Shown here: in pieces, positions 50,284 through 59,016 of the stretch
Layout: each line of letters starts with the position of its first letter
How positions within the stretch are numbered: the stretch's first letter is position 1
Origin: Bifidobacterium breve
GTDB lineage: Bacteria > Myxococcota_A > UBA796 > SXON01
Reading direction: 5' to 3'
Assembly (NCBI GenBank): GCA_943328795.2
Contig: CALQBK020000003.1
Location: 1-62,367 of the forward strand
DNA length: 62,367 nucleotides
Position numbers and translations under genes: made by a program
The notes under the pieces: model-generated
Told to the model about the DNA's origin: nothing
The model's input: only the letters and a program-made list of their open reading frames with translations
Databases searched by the model: none

Positions 50284-51917
50284 AAATCCTGGCGCTGCTC
50301 TTCCTCCTCCCGGCCTGCTCGGACGATATGACCCTCGGGCCGGAGGGCTTCACGGACGGCTCCGGCGGGATCCAGCCTGGCACGCTTGTCGTGCACGCGT
50401 ACCCGGCGTCGGACTCCGGCTACCTGCCGCAGAGCTTCACGGTGGTCCCCGAGGTCGCCAGCGACGACTCCGCCGGGCAGCCCGGCTACAGCGACGTGCT
50501 GCTCGAGCTCGCGGACACGGTCACCGTGTCCGGCACGCTCTCCGCGTTGATCAGCCACCCGTGGAGCGCCGCGGGTGCCCCCACCTCCGCCGAGCCCTTC
50601 GCCGGCAGCGTGCAGGCCAGCCGGCCCGGCACGGTGCAGAGCGCCGCCGTCGAGGCCGACGAGACGGGCTTCTTCAGCTTCCAAGTCGCCGCCGACAGCG
50701 GCTACGAGCTGGTGTTCTTGCCTGCCGACGTCGCGAGCGTGCCGGTCACCGCGCTCGGGGAGCAGTCGTTCTTCCAGGACCGCGACCTGACGCAAGAGCT
50801 CGCCGAGGGGGCGCCTATCTTCGGCCGCATCACCGCCGGGGGCGAAGGCATCGCGAAGGCGCCGCTCGTCCTGACGCGGCTCGAGCCGTCGCCGGTCGCT
50901 GCGTCCCAGGTCTTTTACTCGGACTCCAGCGGCTGGTACTCGGCGCGCGCGCCAGGGCCGGGGACCTACGCGCTGGCCGTGCAGCAGGGCCTGTCAGGGG
51001 CGGGCGAGGTGCTCCCGGCGCTCCAGCGGAAGGTCACCGTTGGGCAAGACGGCGGGACGCTCGACATCGAGGTCGGCACCCTCTCGGCCTCGGTGGTGAC
51101 AGGCACCGTTACGGACACGGACGGCGAGCCGATCGTCGGGGCGCACGTGCTGTTGACCTCCATGTCGCTCGACGGCGCGGAGGGGACGCTGCAGGCGGAG
51201 ACCACCACGGACGACAACGGCAGCTTCGTCGCCCGGCTGATCCCGGGCCAGTTCTCCGTCGCCATCCTGCCGCCGTACGAGGCCCCGAGCTCGCCGACGG
51301 TGATGTCCGTGACGGCCCCGCTCGGGTCGACCGACATCGGGATCGTGCGCCTGGGCGGGCTGACTACCGTGAGCGGGGTGGTGACCTTGCCGGGGGGGGA
51401 CGGCGTAGCGGCAGGCGTCTCGGTCACGGCGACGCAGGTCGGCTGGTCCGAGTACGCGTGGTCGACGACCACGGGCGAGGGCGGGAGCTACGAGCTGCAC
51501 ATCCCGGCGACGGATGTGGAGCTGCTGTGCACGCCGCCGGCGTCCTCGGCCGCGGCGACGACGCGCGTGGACGTCCCGCTCGGTGGGGACGGCTCCGTGG
51601 TGTTGGCGGAGGGGACCCCGCTGCAGGGGGTCGTGCAGAGCGTCGCGGGCGTGTCGAGCTACACGCTCGTCGAGGTGCACGACGCGCTGACGGACCTCGT
51701 GCTGGGGACCGCCCTCACGAACGCGGACGGCGTGTTCCACATGGTGATCGACATGCCGCTCGTCGACACCGGCGACGACGACACGGGCGGGACCGACAGC
51801 GGCGGGGACACCGGTGGGACCGACACGGGCGGCGCGGACACGGCGGACACGGCCCCCGCGGACACGGGGTCGGACACCGGCGGCACGGACACCGCGGGCG
51901 ACACCGCCGCCCGCTGA
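50280..51917 (+). CDS. Lipoprotein with carboxypeptidase-regulatory-like repeats and DTG-repeat tail
   Basis: MKILALLFLLPAC; GTVTDTDGEPIVGA..TTDDNGSF repeats. Confidence 0.8.
   Translation: MKILALLFLLPACSDDMTLGPEGFTDGSGGIQPGTLVVHAYPASDSGYLPQSFTVVPEVASDDSAGQPGYSDVLLELADTVTVSGTLSALISHPWSAAGAPTSAEPFAGSVQASRPGTVQSAAVEADETGFFSFQVAADSGYELVFLPADVASVPVTALGEQSFFQDRDLTQELAEGAPIFGRITAGGEGIAKAPLVLTRLEPSPVAASQVFYSDSSGWYSARAPGPGTYALAVQQGLSGAGEVLPALQRKVTVGQDGGTLDIEVGTLSASVVTGTVTDTDGEPIVGAHVLLTSMSLDGAEGTLQAETTTDDNGSFVARLIPGQFSVAILPPYEAPSSPTVMSVTAPLGSTDIGIVRLGGLTTVSGVVTLPGGDGVAAGVSVTATQVGWSEYAWSTTTGEGGSYELHIPATDVELLCTPPASSAAATTRVDVPLGGDGSVVLAEGTPLQGVVQSVAGVSSYTLVEVHDALTDLVLGTALTNADGVFHMVIDMPLVDTGDDDTGGTDSGGDTGGTDTGGADTADTAPADTGSDTGGTDTAGDTAAR
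51765..51914 (+). repeat. Low-complexity D-[T/S]-[G/A] coding repeat
   Basis: 11 D[TS][GA] triplets in the last 50 residues. Confidence 0.9.
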
Positions 51918-51929
51918 GTCGCCGTTCGG

Positions 51930-52967
51930 CTACAGCCCGACGATGTAGACCTTCATGAAGTCGCGCTCCGAGGTCCCGCCGCCGGCGGCCTCCGACAGCC
52001 CCTGGGCGGCGATCGCGAGCCACAAGGAGCCGTCTGCGCGCTTCGCGATGTCCAGGTCGCCGTTGCCGACGGTGCCGGTCGGGAGCGTCGAGACCTGGGT
52101 CGGATCAGCCCACGGCGCCTTCCGCACCGGGTCGAAGTGGTCCGGGTCGTGCTGGACGTACACGAGGGCGACGCCGTCTGGGGTCCACGTCGGCCCCCGT
52201 GCGTTCATCACGACGTCCCGCGCCACGAGCGTGGGGGTCCCGCCGACGCTCATGACGTACAGGTCGAACCGGTCTGCGACGTCGTGGTTCGAGTAGAATG
52301 CGACGCGCTTCCCGTCCGGGCTGAACGTCGGCCGCGTCTGCACGCGTGGCCAGGCGGTGAGCGGGCGCGGGGCCGGGAACTGCAAGTTGTCGAGCAGGTA
52401 GAGGTTGTCACCCTTCGCGGTGTGTCCGACGAACACGATGCTGGCGCTGTCGGGCGACCACGCCGGGTACACCTCGCTGCTCGTCGGGTCCCCCGTCAGC
52501 TTGAGCGGCGGCGTGTCGAGCGCCGCCGCGTCGAGCAAGTAGAGATCGCCCTGGCCGGTGCGCGCGGAGGTGAACGCGATGTGCCGGCCATCCGGCGACC
52601 ACGCCGGGTTGCCGTCCGCCCCTGCAGCGGGGGCGATGCGCGTCCCGGTGTCCAGGTAGAGGTCGTAGTCCCCGGCCGTGCCGGACGCGCTGTACACGAA
52701 GCGGTTCTGGCCGGCGGCCCAGCTCGCTTCGTGGGCGACCTTCTCGCTCGCGACCGTGGTGAACCCCGCGGTGACGGCGGACCCCGCGCCCGACGCGCCC
52801 GGGATGACCACCTTGCGCGAGCTGTGGCTCGAGGGCGAGTAGACGTAGAGGTCCACGTTCTTCTTCGCATGGTCGTTGGTCTCGTACACCAGCGCGGTGC
52901 CGTCGCTCGACCAGCGAGGCGCTTGGCAGTTGGCCGAGACGGGCACCGAGATCGCGACGGCGTCCAT
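51930..52967 (-). CDS. TolB-like PD40 beta-propeller protein
   Basis: Repeated PAWSPDG, PTFSPDG, PTWTPDG motifs. Confidence 0.85.
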   Translation of the reverse strand: MDAVAISVPVSANCQAPRWSSDGTALVYETNDHAKKNVDLYVYSPSSHSSRKVVIPGASGAGSAVTAGFTTVASEKVAHEASWAAGQNRFVYSASGTAGDYDLYLDTGTRIAPAAGADGNPAWSPDGRHIAFTSARTGQGDLYLLDAAALDTPPLKLTGDPTSSEVYPAWSPDSASIVFVGHTAKGDNLYLLDNLQFPAPRPLTAWPRVQTRPTFSPDGKRVAFYSNHDVADRFDLYVMSVGGTPTLVARDVVMNARGPTWTPDGVALVYVQHDPDHFDPVRKAPWADPTQVSTLPTGTVGNGDLDIAKRADGSLWLAIAAQGLSEAAGGGTSERDFMKVYIVGL

Positions 52968-54416
52968 TCAGCGGGCCTCGTCTACGCCGACGCGGGTCGC
53001 CCACTCGGTGCGCAGCAGCCGCTCGGGGTCTGCCCGGTGGCGCAGCGCCCGGAACGTGGAGATGCGCTCCTGGCCCCACGAGCGCTGGAAGTCCTGCGGA
53101 CGGAGGACCGAGTCCTTCGCCGGGTAGAACCGGCCGCCCGCCGCGAGCACGATCTCGTTCATGTCGTAGCACATCTTCCAGAGCGCCTCGCGGTTCTGCG
53201 CGGTCACCGGGTAGTCCAGCGCGAGCGAGTAGCCATCGAGCGCGTGAGAGAGCAGGAAGGTGTCCGGGCGGTACCGCTTCATCACGCCGAGGTAGCTCGG
53301 GATTCCCCGGGACTGGTTCAGGCGGAGGATGTCCTTGAACGCCTGCTTCGCGGTCTCCTTCGGCACGAACGGCTGGTACTGGATGAAGCCGCCCGGCTGG
53401 TACGCGCCCCGCATCGTGACGTAGTCGAGGAGGAAGTGAAACGCGACGTGCGGCTGCCGGAACGCGGACGTCGGGGAGACGCGGCTGGCGTAGTACTTCC
53501 CGATGTTCACGAGCCGCATGCCGAGGTCGAAGTTGAACATTCCGAGCACGGCCCCGACCAGCGAGCGCGGGACGCCCATGACGGTGCCGGGCAGGTCTTG
53601 CCGCGCCGGGTCGAGCAGGACCTTGCCGTCGGGGTCCTCGTCTGCGTGCAGGTACTTCGCGCGGTGCACTTGGCCGCGCCCGAGGCTTGACCCCCCGGCG
53701 ATGCAGTCGACCCAGCTCACGAGGTAGTCCGAGTCCCCTCGGTGCGCCTCGAAGTAGTCGAACTGCTCGTCCAGGTCGCGCATGCAGCCCTGCTCGACTG
53801 CGAGCCGCCCGCTCTCCAGGTGCTTCAACTGCAGCCGGATCCGCGTGAGCGTGCCGAGCATCCCGAAGCCCGAGATCGCGGCGTGGAAGAAGTCGGCGTT
53901 CTCCGTGCGGGAGATGCGGAGCAGCTCCCCCGTCGGGGTCAAGAGGTCGGCCTCGAGGACCTGGTCGCCGGTGCCGCCAAGCGCAAACTGGTTCTTCCCG
54001 TGGATGTTCATCGCCGCGCAGCCGCCGACGGTCGGGAACATCGTCCCGGGCACGACGGCGGGCCACCAGCCGTCCTTCAAGCACAGGCGCCACAGGTCCT
54101 CGATCGTCACGCCCGGCTCGACGTCGATGACCCCGGTGGCGGGGTCCCAGGCCAGCACACGTCGCATGCTCGTCATGTCGATGACCAGGTTGCCGCCGTT
54201 CATCGCAGCGTCGCCGTAGCTCCGCCCCGCGCCCCTCAGCGCCACCGAGAACCCCTCGGCCGCGGCCTGGCGCATCGCGTGCTGCACCTCGTCCGCGCTC
54301 GTCGGCTTCACGAACATCGACACGGAGCGCGAGGAGTACCCCCACCCGTCAAAGACGCGACGGGGCAGCTGGATAATCGGCAACGAGGCTCCGGGCGAGG
54401 GCGGCATGGCTGGCAT
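52968..54416 (-). CDS. FAD-linked oxidase, DprE1-like (polyprenylphosphoryl-ribose 2'-oxidase family)
   Basis: GAGRSYGDAA, VVPGT..TVGG..NIHGKN, YLVSWVD, GYSLALD, GGRFYPAKD. Confidence 0.85.
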   Translation of the reverse strand: MPAMPPSPGASLPIIQLPRRVFDGWGYSSRSVSMFVKPTSADEVQHAMRQAAAEGFSVALRGAGRSYGDAAMNGGNLVIDMTSMRRVLAWDPATGVIDVEPGVTIEDLWRLCLKDGWWPAVVPGTMFPTVGGCAAMNIHGKNQFALGGTGDQVLEADLLTPTGELLRISRTENADFFHAAISGFGMLGTLTRIRLQLKHLESGRLAVEQGCMRDLDEQFDYFEAHRGDSDYLVSWVDCIAGGSSLGRGQVHRAKYLHADEDPDGKVLLDPARQDLPGTVMGVPRSLVGAVLGMFNFDLGMRLVNIGKYYASRVSPTSAFRQPHVAFHFLLDYVTMRGAYQPGGFIQYQPFVPKETAKQAFKDILRLNQSRGIPSYLGVMKRYRPDTFLLSHALDGYSLALDYPVTAQNREALWKMCYDMNEIVLAAGGRFYPAKDSVLRPQDFQRSWGQERISTFRALRHRADPERLLRTEWATRVGVDEAR

Positions 54417-54549
54417 GGGTCGCCACTATAGCCCCGGGCGTGCGCGCGAGCCCGCGGGGGGCCAGCCCGGGCGCTGCACACACGATCGCTGCGCCCTCGC
54501 TGCACGTGCGGTGCACCCCCGCGGTCCCGTGGGGATACTACCCGCGGCG

Positions 54550-55332
54550 ATGAACCCCGTCAGCGCGCTCGGCCGGTCGATCATCGCCTGGGTCGAGGCC
54601 CTCGGCGGCTACCTGTCGTTCGTGGCGCGGGGCTTCGGCTCCGGTTTCTTGCCGCCGTACCGCGTGCGCCTGCTGCTCAAGCAGATGCACTTTGTCGGGG
54701 TGCAGTCGCTCACGATCGTGATGATCACCGGCCTGTTCACCGGGATGGTGTTCGCGATCCAGGCCGAGATCGGGTTCTCCCAGTTCGGGGCGAACGGCCT
54801 CATCGGCGGCATCGTGGCGCTCTCGTTGACGCGCGAGCTCTCCCCGGTGCTGACCGCGCTGATGGTGAACGGGCGGGTCGGGAGCTCGATGGCCGCAGAG
54901 CTCGGCACCATGCGGGTGACCGAGCAGGTGGACGCGCTCGAGAGCATGGCGGTGGACCCGCTGCAATACCTAGTCGCCCCGCGGGTGCTCGCCGCGATGG
55001 TGATGCTGCCCGCGCTCAACATGGTGTTCAACCTCGTGGGCCTCGGCGGCTGCTGGTTCGTCGCGGTCAAGCAGCTGCGGGTGCCGGAGGGCGGGTTCTG
55101 GGAGCGGATCTGGTGGTTCGTAGACGCGGACGACATCGTTGGCGGGTGCTTCAAGGCCGCGGTGTTCGGCTTCATCTTGGCGTCGGTAGGCTGCTACCGG
55201 GGGTACACGACGCGGGGCGGGGCGGAGGGCGTCGGGCGCGCGACGACGTCCGCGGTGGTGATCTCGGGCGTGCTCATCCTCACGAGCGACTACTTCCTGA
55301 CGCGCATCCTGGCGCCGCTGAGCGTGGGCTGA
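54550..55332 (+). CDS. mlaE: Lipid asymmetry ABC permease
   Basis: RELSPVLTAL, AAELGTMRVTEQVDAL, GAEGVGRATT. Confidence 0.95.
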   Translation: MNPVSALGRSIIAWVEALGGYLSFVARGFGSGFLPPYRVRLLLKQMHFVGVQSLTIVMITGLFTGMVFAIQAEIGFSQFGANGLIGGIVALSLTRELSPVLTALMVNGRVGSSMAAELGTMRVTEQVDALESMAVDPLQYLVAPRVLAAMVMLPALNMVFNLVGLGGCWFVAVKQLRVPEGGFWERIWWFVDADDIVGGCFKAAVFGFILASVGCYRGYTTRGGAEGVGRATTSAVVISGVLILTSDYFLTRILAPLSVG

Positions 55333-56138
55333 TGCGATCCGCCGACGCCGCGGAGCGGCCGGGCATCCACCTGGTCGACGTCCGGAAGGCGTTCGGGGAG
55401 CAGCAGGTGCTGGACGGCGTCACGCTCGAGGTGCCGCGGGGGAAGATCACGGTGGTGATCGGCCGGTCGGGCACCGGCAAGAGCGTGCTGCTCAAGCACG
55501 TGATGGGGCTGCTGCGGCCGGACTCGGGCGCCGTCCGCGTTGGCGACGAGGACCTTTCTTCGCTCGGCGCGCGGGCGCTGCGCCAGGTGCGTTTTCGCTT
55601 CGGGGTGGTGTTCCAGCACGCCGCGCTGTTCGACTCGATGGACGTGTTCGAGAACGTCGCGTTCCCGCTGCGCGAGCACGGCATGGTGCGGACGAGCTCG
55701 GGCCGGGACCGGCGCATGCGCGAGCCGGAGATCCGCGCGAGGGTGGAGCAACTGCTGCGCTCCGTGGGCCTCGAAGGGGCGGGCTTGAAGCCGGTCGACG
55801 CGCTGTCCGGCGGGATGCGGAAGCGCGTCGGGCTCGCCCGCGCGCTCGTGCGCGACCCCGAGTTCTTGCTCTACGACGAGCCGACGACCGGCCTCGACCC
55901 GATCATGACCGCGCAGATCGACAACCTGATCCGCTCGACGCAGGACGAAAACCCGGGGATCACGTCGCTGGTGATCAGCCACGACATGCAGGCCACCTTC
56001 CGGATCGCCGACCACATCGCGATGCTCCACAAGGGCCAGGTGCAGCTCCGCGGCTCACCGGCGGAGTTCCAGTCTTCGGTCGATCCCATCGTCCGGCAGT
56101 TCGTCGAGGGCCGGGTCGACCCGCCGACCGAAAGCTAG
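55332..56138 (+). CDS. mlaF: Lipid asymmetry ABC ATPase
   Basis: GRSGTGKS, LSGGMRKRVGLAR, LYDEPTTGLDP. Confidence 0.93.
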   Translation: MRSADAAERPGIHLVDVRKAFGEQQVLDGVTLEVPRGKITVVIGRSGTGKSVLLKHVMGLLRPDSGAVRVGDEDLSSLGARALRQVRFRFGVVFQHAALFDSMDVFENVAFPLREHGMVRTSSGRDRRMREPEIRARVEQLLRSVGLEGAGLKPVDALSGGMRKRVGLARALVRDPEFLLYDEPTTGLDPIMTAQIDNLIRSTQDENPGITSLVISHDMQATFRIADHIAMLHKGQVQLRGSPAEFQSSVDPIVRQFVEGRVDPPTES

Positions 56139-56176
56139 TTGCCGAGCGACGCGCGGCCCGATATCGTAGCGGCGCT

Positions 56177-56250
<74 letters not shown>

Positions 56251-56283
56251 CCCTACTTAAATCAGCGAGTCAATCGTGGGCAC

Positions 56284-56397
56284 CGAGGCGGATGCCGGCG
56301 CTCTCACCCTCGCGAACAGACGTGCCGGGGAGCACCTTAGCGGGCTCTCGCTGGCGTTGGGGGGCCACGCGAGGTGTGCCGAGCGTCGGCATCCTCG
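56284..56397. ncRNA. Candidate structured RNA or palindromic element downstream of the tRNA
   Basis: Nested collinear stems including GGATGCCGGCGCTC/GAGCGTCGGCATCC (14 bp with one G-U). Confidence 0.4.
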
Positions 56398-56502
56398 AGC
56401 GAGCCCGTCACCTGGGCCTTCTCGCCTCTTGTTCCTGTAACGGCCCCACGCTCACGTCTGCGGCGCCTTCCCGTCCGCGCTGTTGACGGGCTACATGAGC
56501 GT

Positions 56503-57384
56503 ATGACTGCCCCTGCGAGCGCAATGACTGTCCGTCTGTGGGGGGTCCGCGGGTCTTTTCCCGTCCCGGGTACAGACACCGCCAAGTACGGCGGGAATAC
56601 GTCCTGCATCGAGGTCACCGCCGAGGGGTTGCCCACCGTGGTCTTCGACTGTGGAACAGGCGCCCGCAAGCTCGGGCCTACGCTGTTCGCGCGGGAGCAG
56701 CGCGAGCTGCACATCGTGTTCACGCACTTCCACATGGACCACCTGTTCGGGTTCCCGTTCTTCGCGCCGGTCTTCGCGCCGTCGTTCGAGATCACGGTCA
56801 CCGCGCCGGCGTTCAACCCAGATGGCACGCGCGATCGCATCGCGAGGTTCTTGAACGGCATCTTTCACCCCGTGCGCATGTCCGAGGTGCCGGCCAAGGT
56901 GCAGTTCGCCGCGGTTCGGCCCGGCCACAGCTTCAGCTGCGGGCCGTGGGAGCTGAAAGCCGCGGCGCTGAACCACCCGGGCGGCGCCTGTGCGTACCGC
57001 ATCGAGCGCAACGGCCGGGCGATGGTCTACATCACCGACACGGCGCCGTTGTCCAGGCCGGGTGAGGGCCTCGCTGGCGGGGGTGAGCCCACCGGGCGTG
57101 AGCTCCAGCTCGTCGAGCTGTGCGAGGGCGCGGACCTGGTCATCTTCGACACGATGTTCTCGCTGAACGAGTACCTGGAGAAGATGACCTGGGGCCACTC
57201 GTACCCCGAATACGCGTACGAGCTGTGCAAGGTCGCCCGGGTCAAGAAGCTGCTGCTCTTTCACCACGCGCCGGACGCTTCGGACAGCGAGCTCGACGCG
57301 CTCGCGGTGCACTGGGCGTCGGCCCAGGAGCCGGTGGTGGAGCTCGCGCGAGAGGGGATGGAGATCGTCCTCGAGGGCCCATGA
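56503..57384 (+). CDS. MBL-fold metallo-hydrolase (phosphodiesterase-like)
   Basis: WGVRGS, YGGNTSC, THFHMDH, HPGG, TD, WGHS, FHHAP. Confidence 0.92.
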   Translation: MTAPASAMTVRLWGVRGSFPVPGTDTAKYGGNTSCIEVTAEGLPTVVFDCGTGARKLGPTLFAREQRELHIVFTHFHMDHLFGFPFFAPVFAPSFEITVTAPAFNPDGTRDRIARFLNGIFHPVRMSEVPAKVQFAAVRPGHSFSCGPWELKAAALNHPGGACAYRIERNGRAMVYITDTAPLSRPGEGLAGGGEPTGRELQLVELCEGADLVIFDTMFSLNEYLEKMTWGHSYPEYAYELCKVARVKKLLLFHHAPDASDSELDALAVHWASAQEPVVELAREGMEIVLEGP

Positions 57385-57683
57385 TGATCTACGTGGACGA
57401 CACCATCGCGAGCAGCGAGCTCGCAGGGCTGCTCGTGGTGGTCGCTCTGCTCTGGGCGGCGTGGGCGGTCACCTGGCTCGTCCGCGTCGAGGTCCACGCG
57501 CTGGCCGCCCCGGTGGTCGATCGCTTGCGCCTCCGCTGGGCGCGCGAGGGGCTCGGTACGCGCGTGCGCGCGGTCGGAGACGGCGTGGAGCTGCGCTTCG
57601 GGCGGGGCAAAGAGCCCGGCACGCTGCGCGCGTGGCGCCGCGGACCGGCCGGCTGGGTTGACGTCGACGTGCAGGACCTCTGA
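57381..57683 (+). CDS. Small single-TM hypothetical protein
   Basis: ATGA overlap with the MBL gene; one hydrophobic helix. Confidence 0.6.
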   Translation: MMIYVDDTIASSELAGLLVVVALLWAAWAVTWLVRVEVHALAAPVVDRLRLRWAREGLGTRVRAVGDGVELRFGRGKEPGTLRAWRRGPAGWVDVDVQDL

Positions 57684-58923
57684 CCGGTTGCGGATCCTCC
57701 AAGTCGCCCACGGGTTCCCGCCGCGCGAGAACGCCGGCACGGAGCGATACGCGTTCACGCTGGCCCGGGCGCTGCGGGACCGCGGCCACGTGGTCCACAC
57801 GTTCACCGCGACCATCGACCCCGCGCTCCCGATGTACACGGTGTTGCGCGAGGAGCACGTCACCCGCGTGGTGAACAACACGCCGGGCCGCGAGTCCCGA
57901 CACGGAGCGCGGGACGCGCAGGTGGACGCGATCTTCGAGCGGGAGCGTACGCGCTTTGCCCCGGACGTCGTGCACATCCAGCACGTGATGGGCCTCTCCG
58001 CGAGCCTCCCGCTCGGCGGGGTCAAGGCGATGCTGACGCTCCACGACGCCTGGGGTTGGTGTGCGGCCGGCGGCACCTTGCTGCCGCCCGGCGCAAACAC
58101 CCCGTGTGACGGGCCGAACGCGGGGTGCGCGGCGTGCGCGTCCACGTGGCAACGGGACACGCCGGGAGTGGATCGCGCGCTGGGGCTAGCGGGCCGCATC
58201 GGCGCGGTGGTCGACCCCGCGCGCCTGCACCGGGCGTGGAAGCGGCTGCCCCCGGGGTTCCGGGCACGCGTGGTCGGGGGCGCGCCAAGGGCGCTGACCG
58301 AGGACCAGGTGGCGGCCAGGTCGGCCGGGCTGAGGGCGCTCGCCAGGTCCTGCCGGGTGATCTCCCCCAGCCAGTGGCTCGCGGTCGAGGCCGAGCGCCA
58401 GGGGCTCGGGCCGGTGCGCGTCGTGCCCCACGGCGTAGCGGCTGCGGTACGCCGGGCCCCGCCAGGCCCCGACGCGCCGCTCGTGTTCATCGGCACGCTC
58501 GCCTGGCACAAGGGCCCGGACTTGGTCCGCGAGGCCTGGGGCCGGACGGCCGGCGTGGCCCCGCTGCGGATATACGGCCCGCCCGGGCCCGACCCAGCCT
58601 TTCAAGTGGTGTCCGACGGGGTGCTCAACCCCGACGGGGTGCTGAACGTTTTGCGTGGCGCGCGGGCGCTGGTGCTCGGCTCGCGGTGGCCGGAGAACGC
58701 CCCGCTGGTGATCCTCGAGGCGCGTTCGGTCGGCTGCCCCGTGATCGCGCCGCGCATCGGCGGGATCCCCGAGCTGGTCGACGACGGGGTCGACGGCCAC
58801 TTGTACCGGGCGGGGGACGTCGAGGACCTCGTCCGTGCGCTCCTTCGCCCGCTCCCAGCCACGGTTACGCCTCCGCGAACCTTCGACGCCCACGTGGACG
58901 CCGTCTTGGCCGAGTACCGGTAG
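57658..58923 (+). CDS. Glycosyltransferase family 4
   Basis: ILQVAHGFPP..AGTERY, TLHDAW, HKG, WPENAPLVILEA, GGIPEL. Confidence 0.9.
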   Translation: MTSTCRTSDRLRILQVAHGFPPRENAGTERYAFTLARALRDRGHVVHTFTATIDPALPMYTVLREEHVTRVVNNTPGRESRHGARDAQVDAIFERERTRFAPDVVHIQHVMGLSASLPLGGVKAMLTLHDAWGWCAAGGTLLPPGANTPCDGPNAGCAACASTWQRDTPGVDRALGLAGRIGAVVDPARLHRAWKRLPPGFRARVVGGAPRALTEDQVAARSAGLRALARSCRVISPSQWLAVEAERQGLGPVRVVPHGVAAAVRRAPPGPDAPLVFIGTLAWHKGPDLVREAWGRTAGVAPLRIYGPPGPDPAFQVVSDGVLNPDGVLNVLRGARALVLGSRWPENAPLVILEARSVGCPVIAPRIGGIPELVDDGVDGHLYRAGDVEDLVRALLRPLPATVTPPRTFDAHVDAVLAEYR

Positions 58924-59016
58924 CGCGGTCAAATCCCGTCACGCCCGGGGTACGGCGCGGGCGTTGAGTTGCCGCGGTCCCCACGTTGGAATAGGCCCCG
59001 CGGCGTTGGAGTATTC

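Noticed and set aside
56284-56397. 6S RNA, SRP RNA or integron attC
   Set aside because: Too short for typical 6S, lacks the SRP domain IV motif, and has no proper RYYYAAC/GTTRRRY ends
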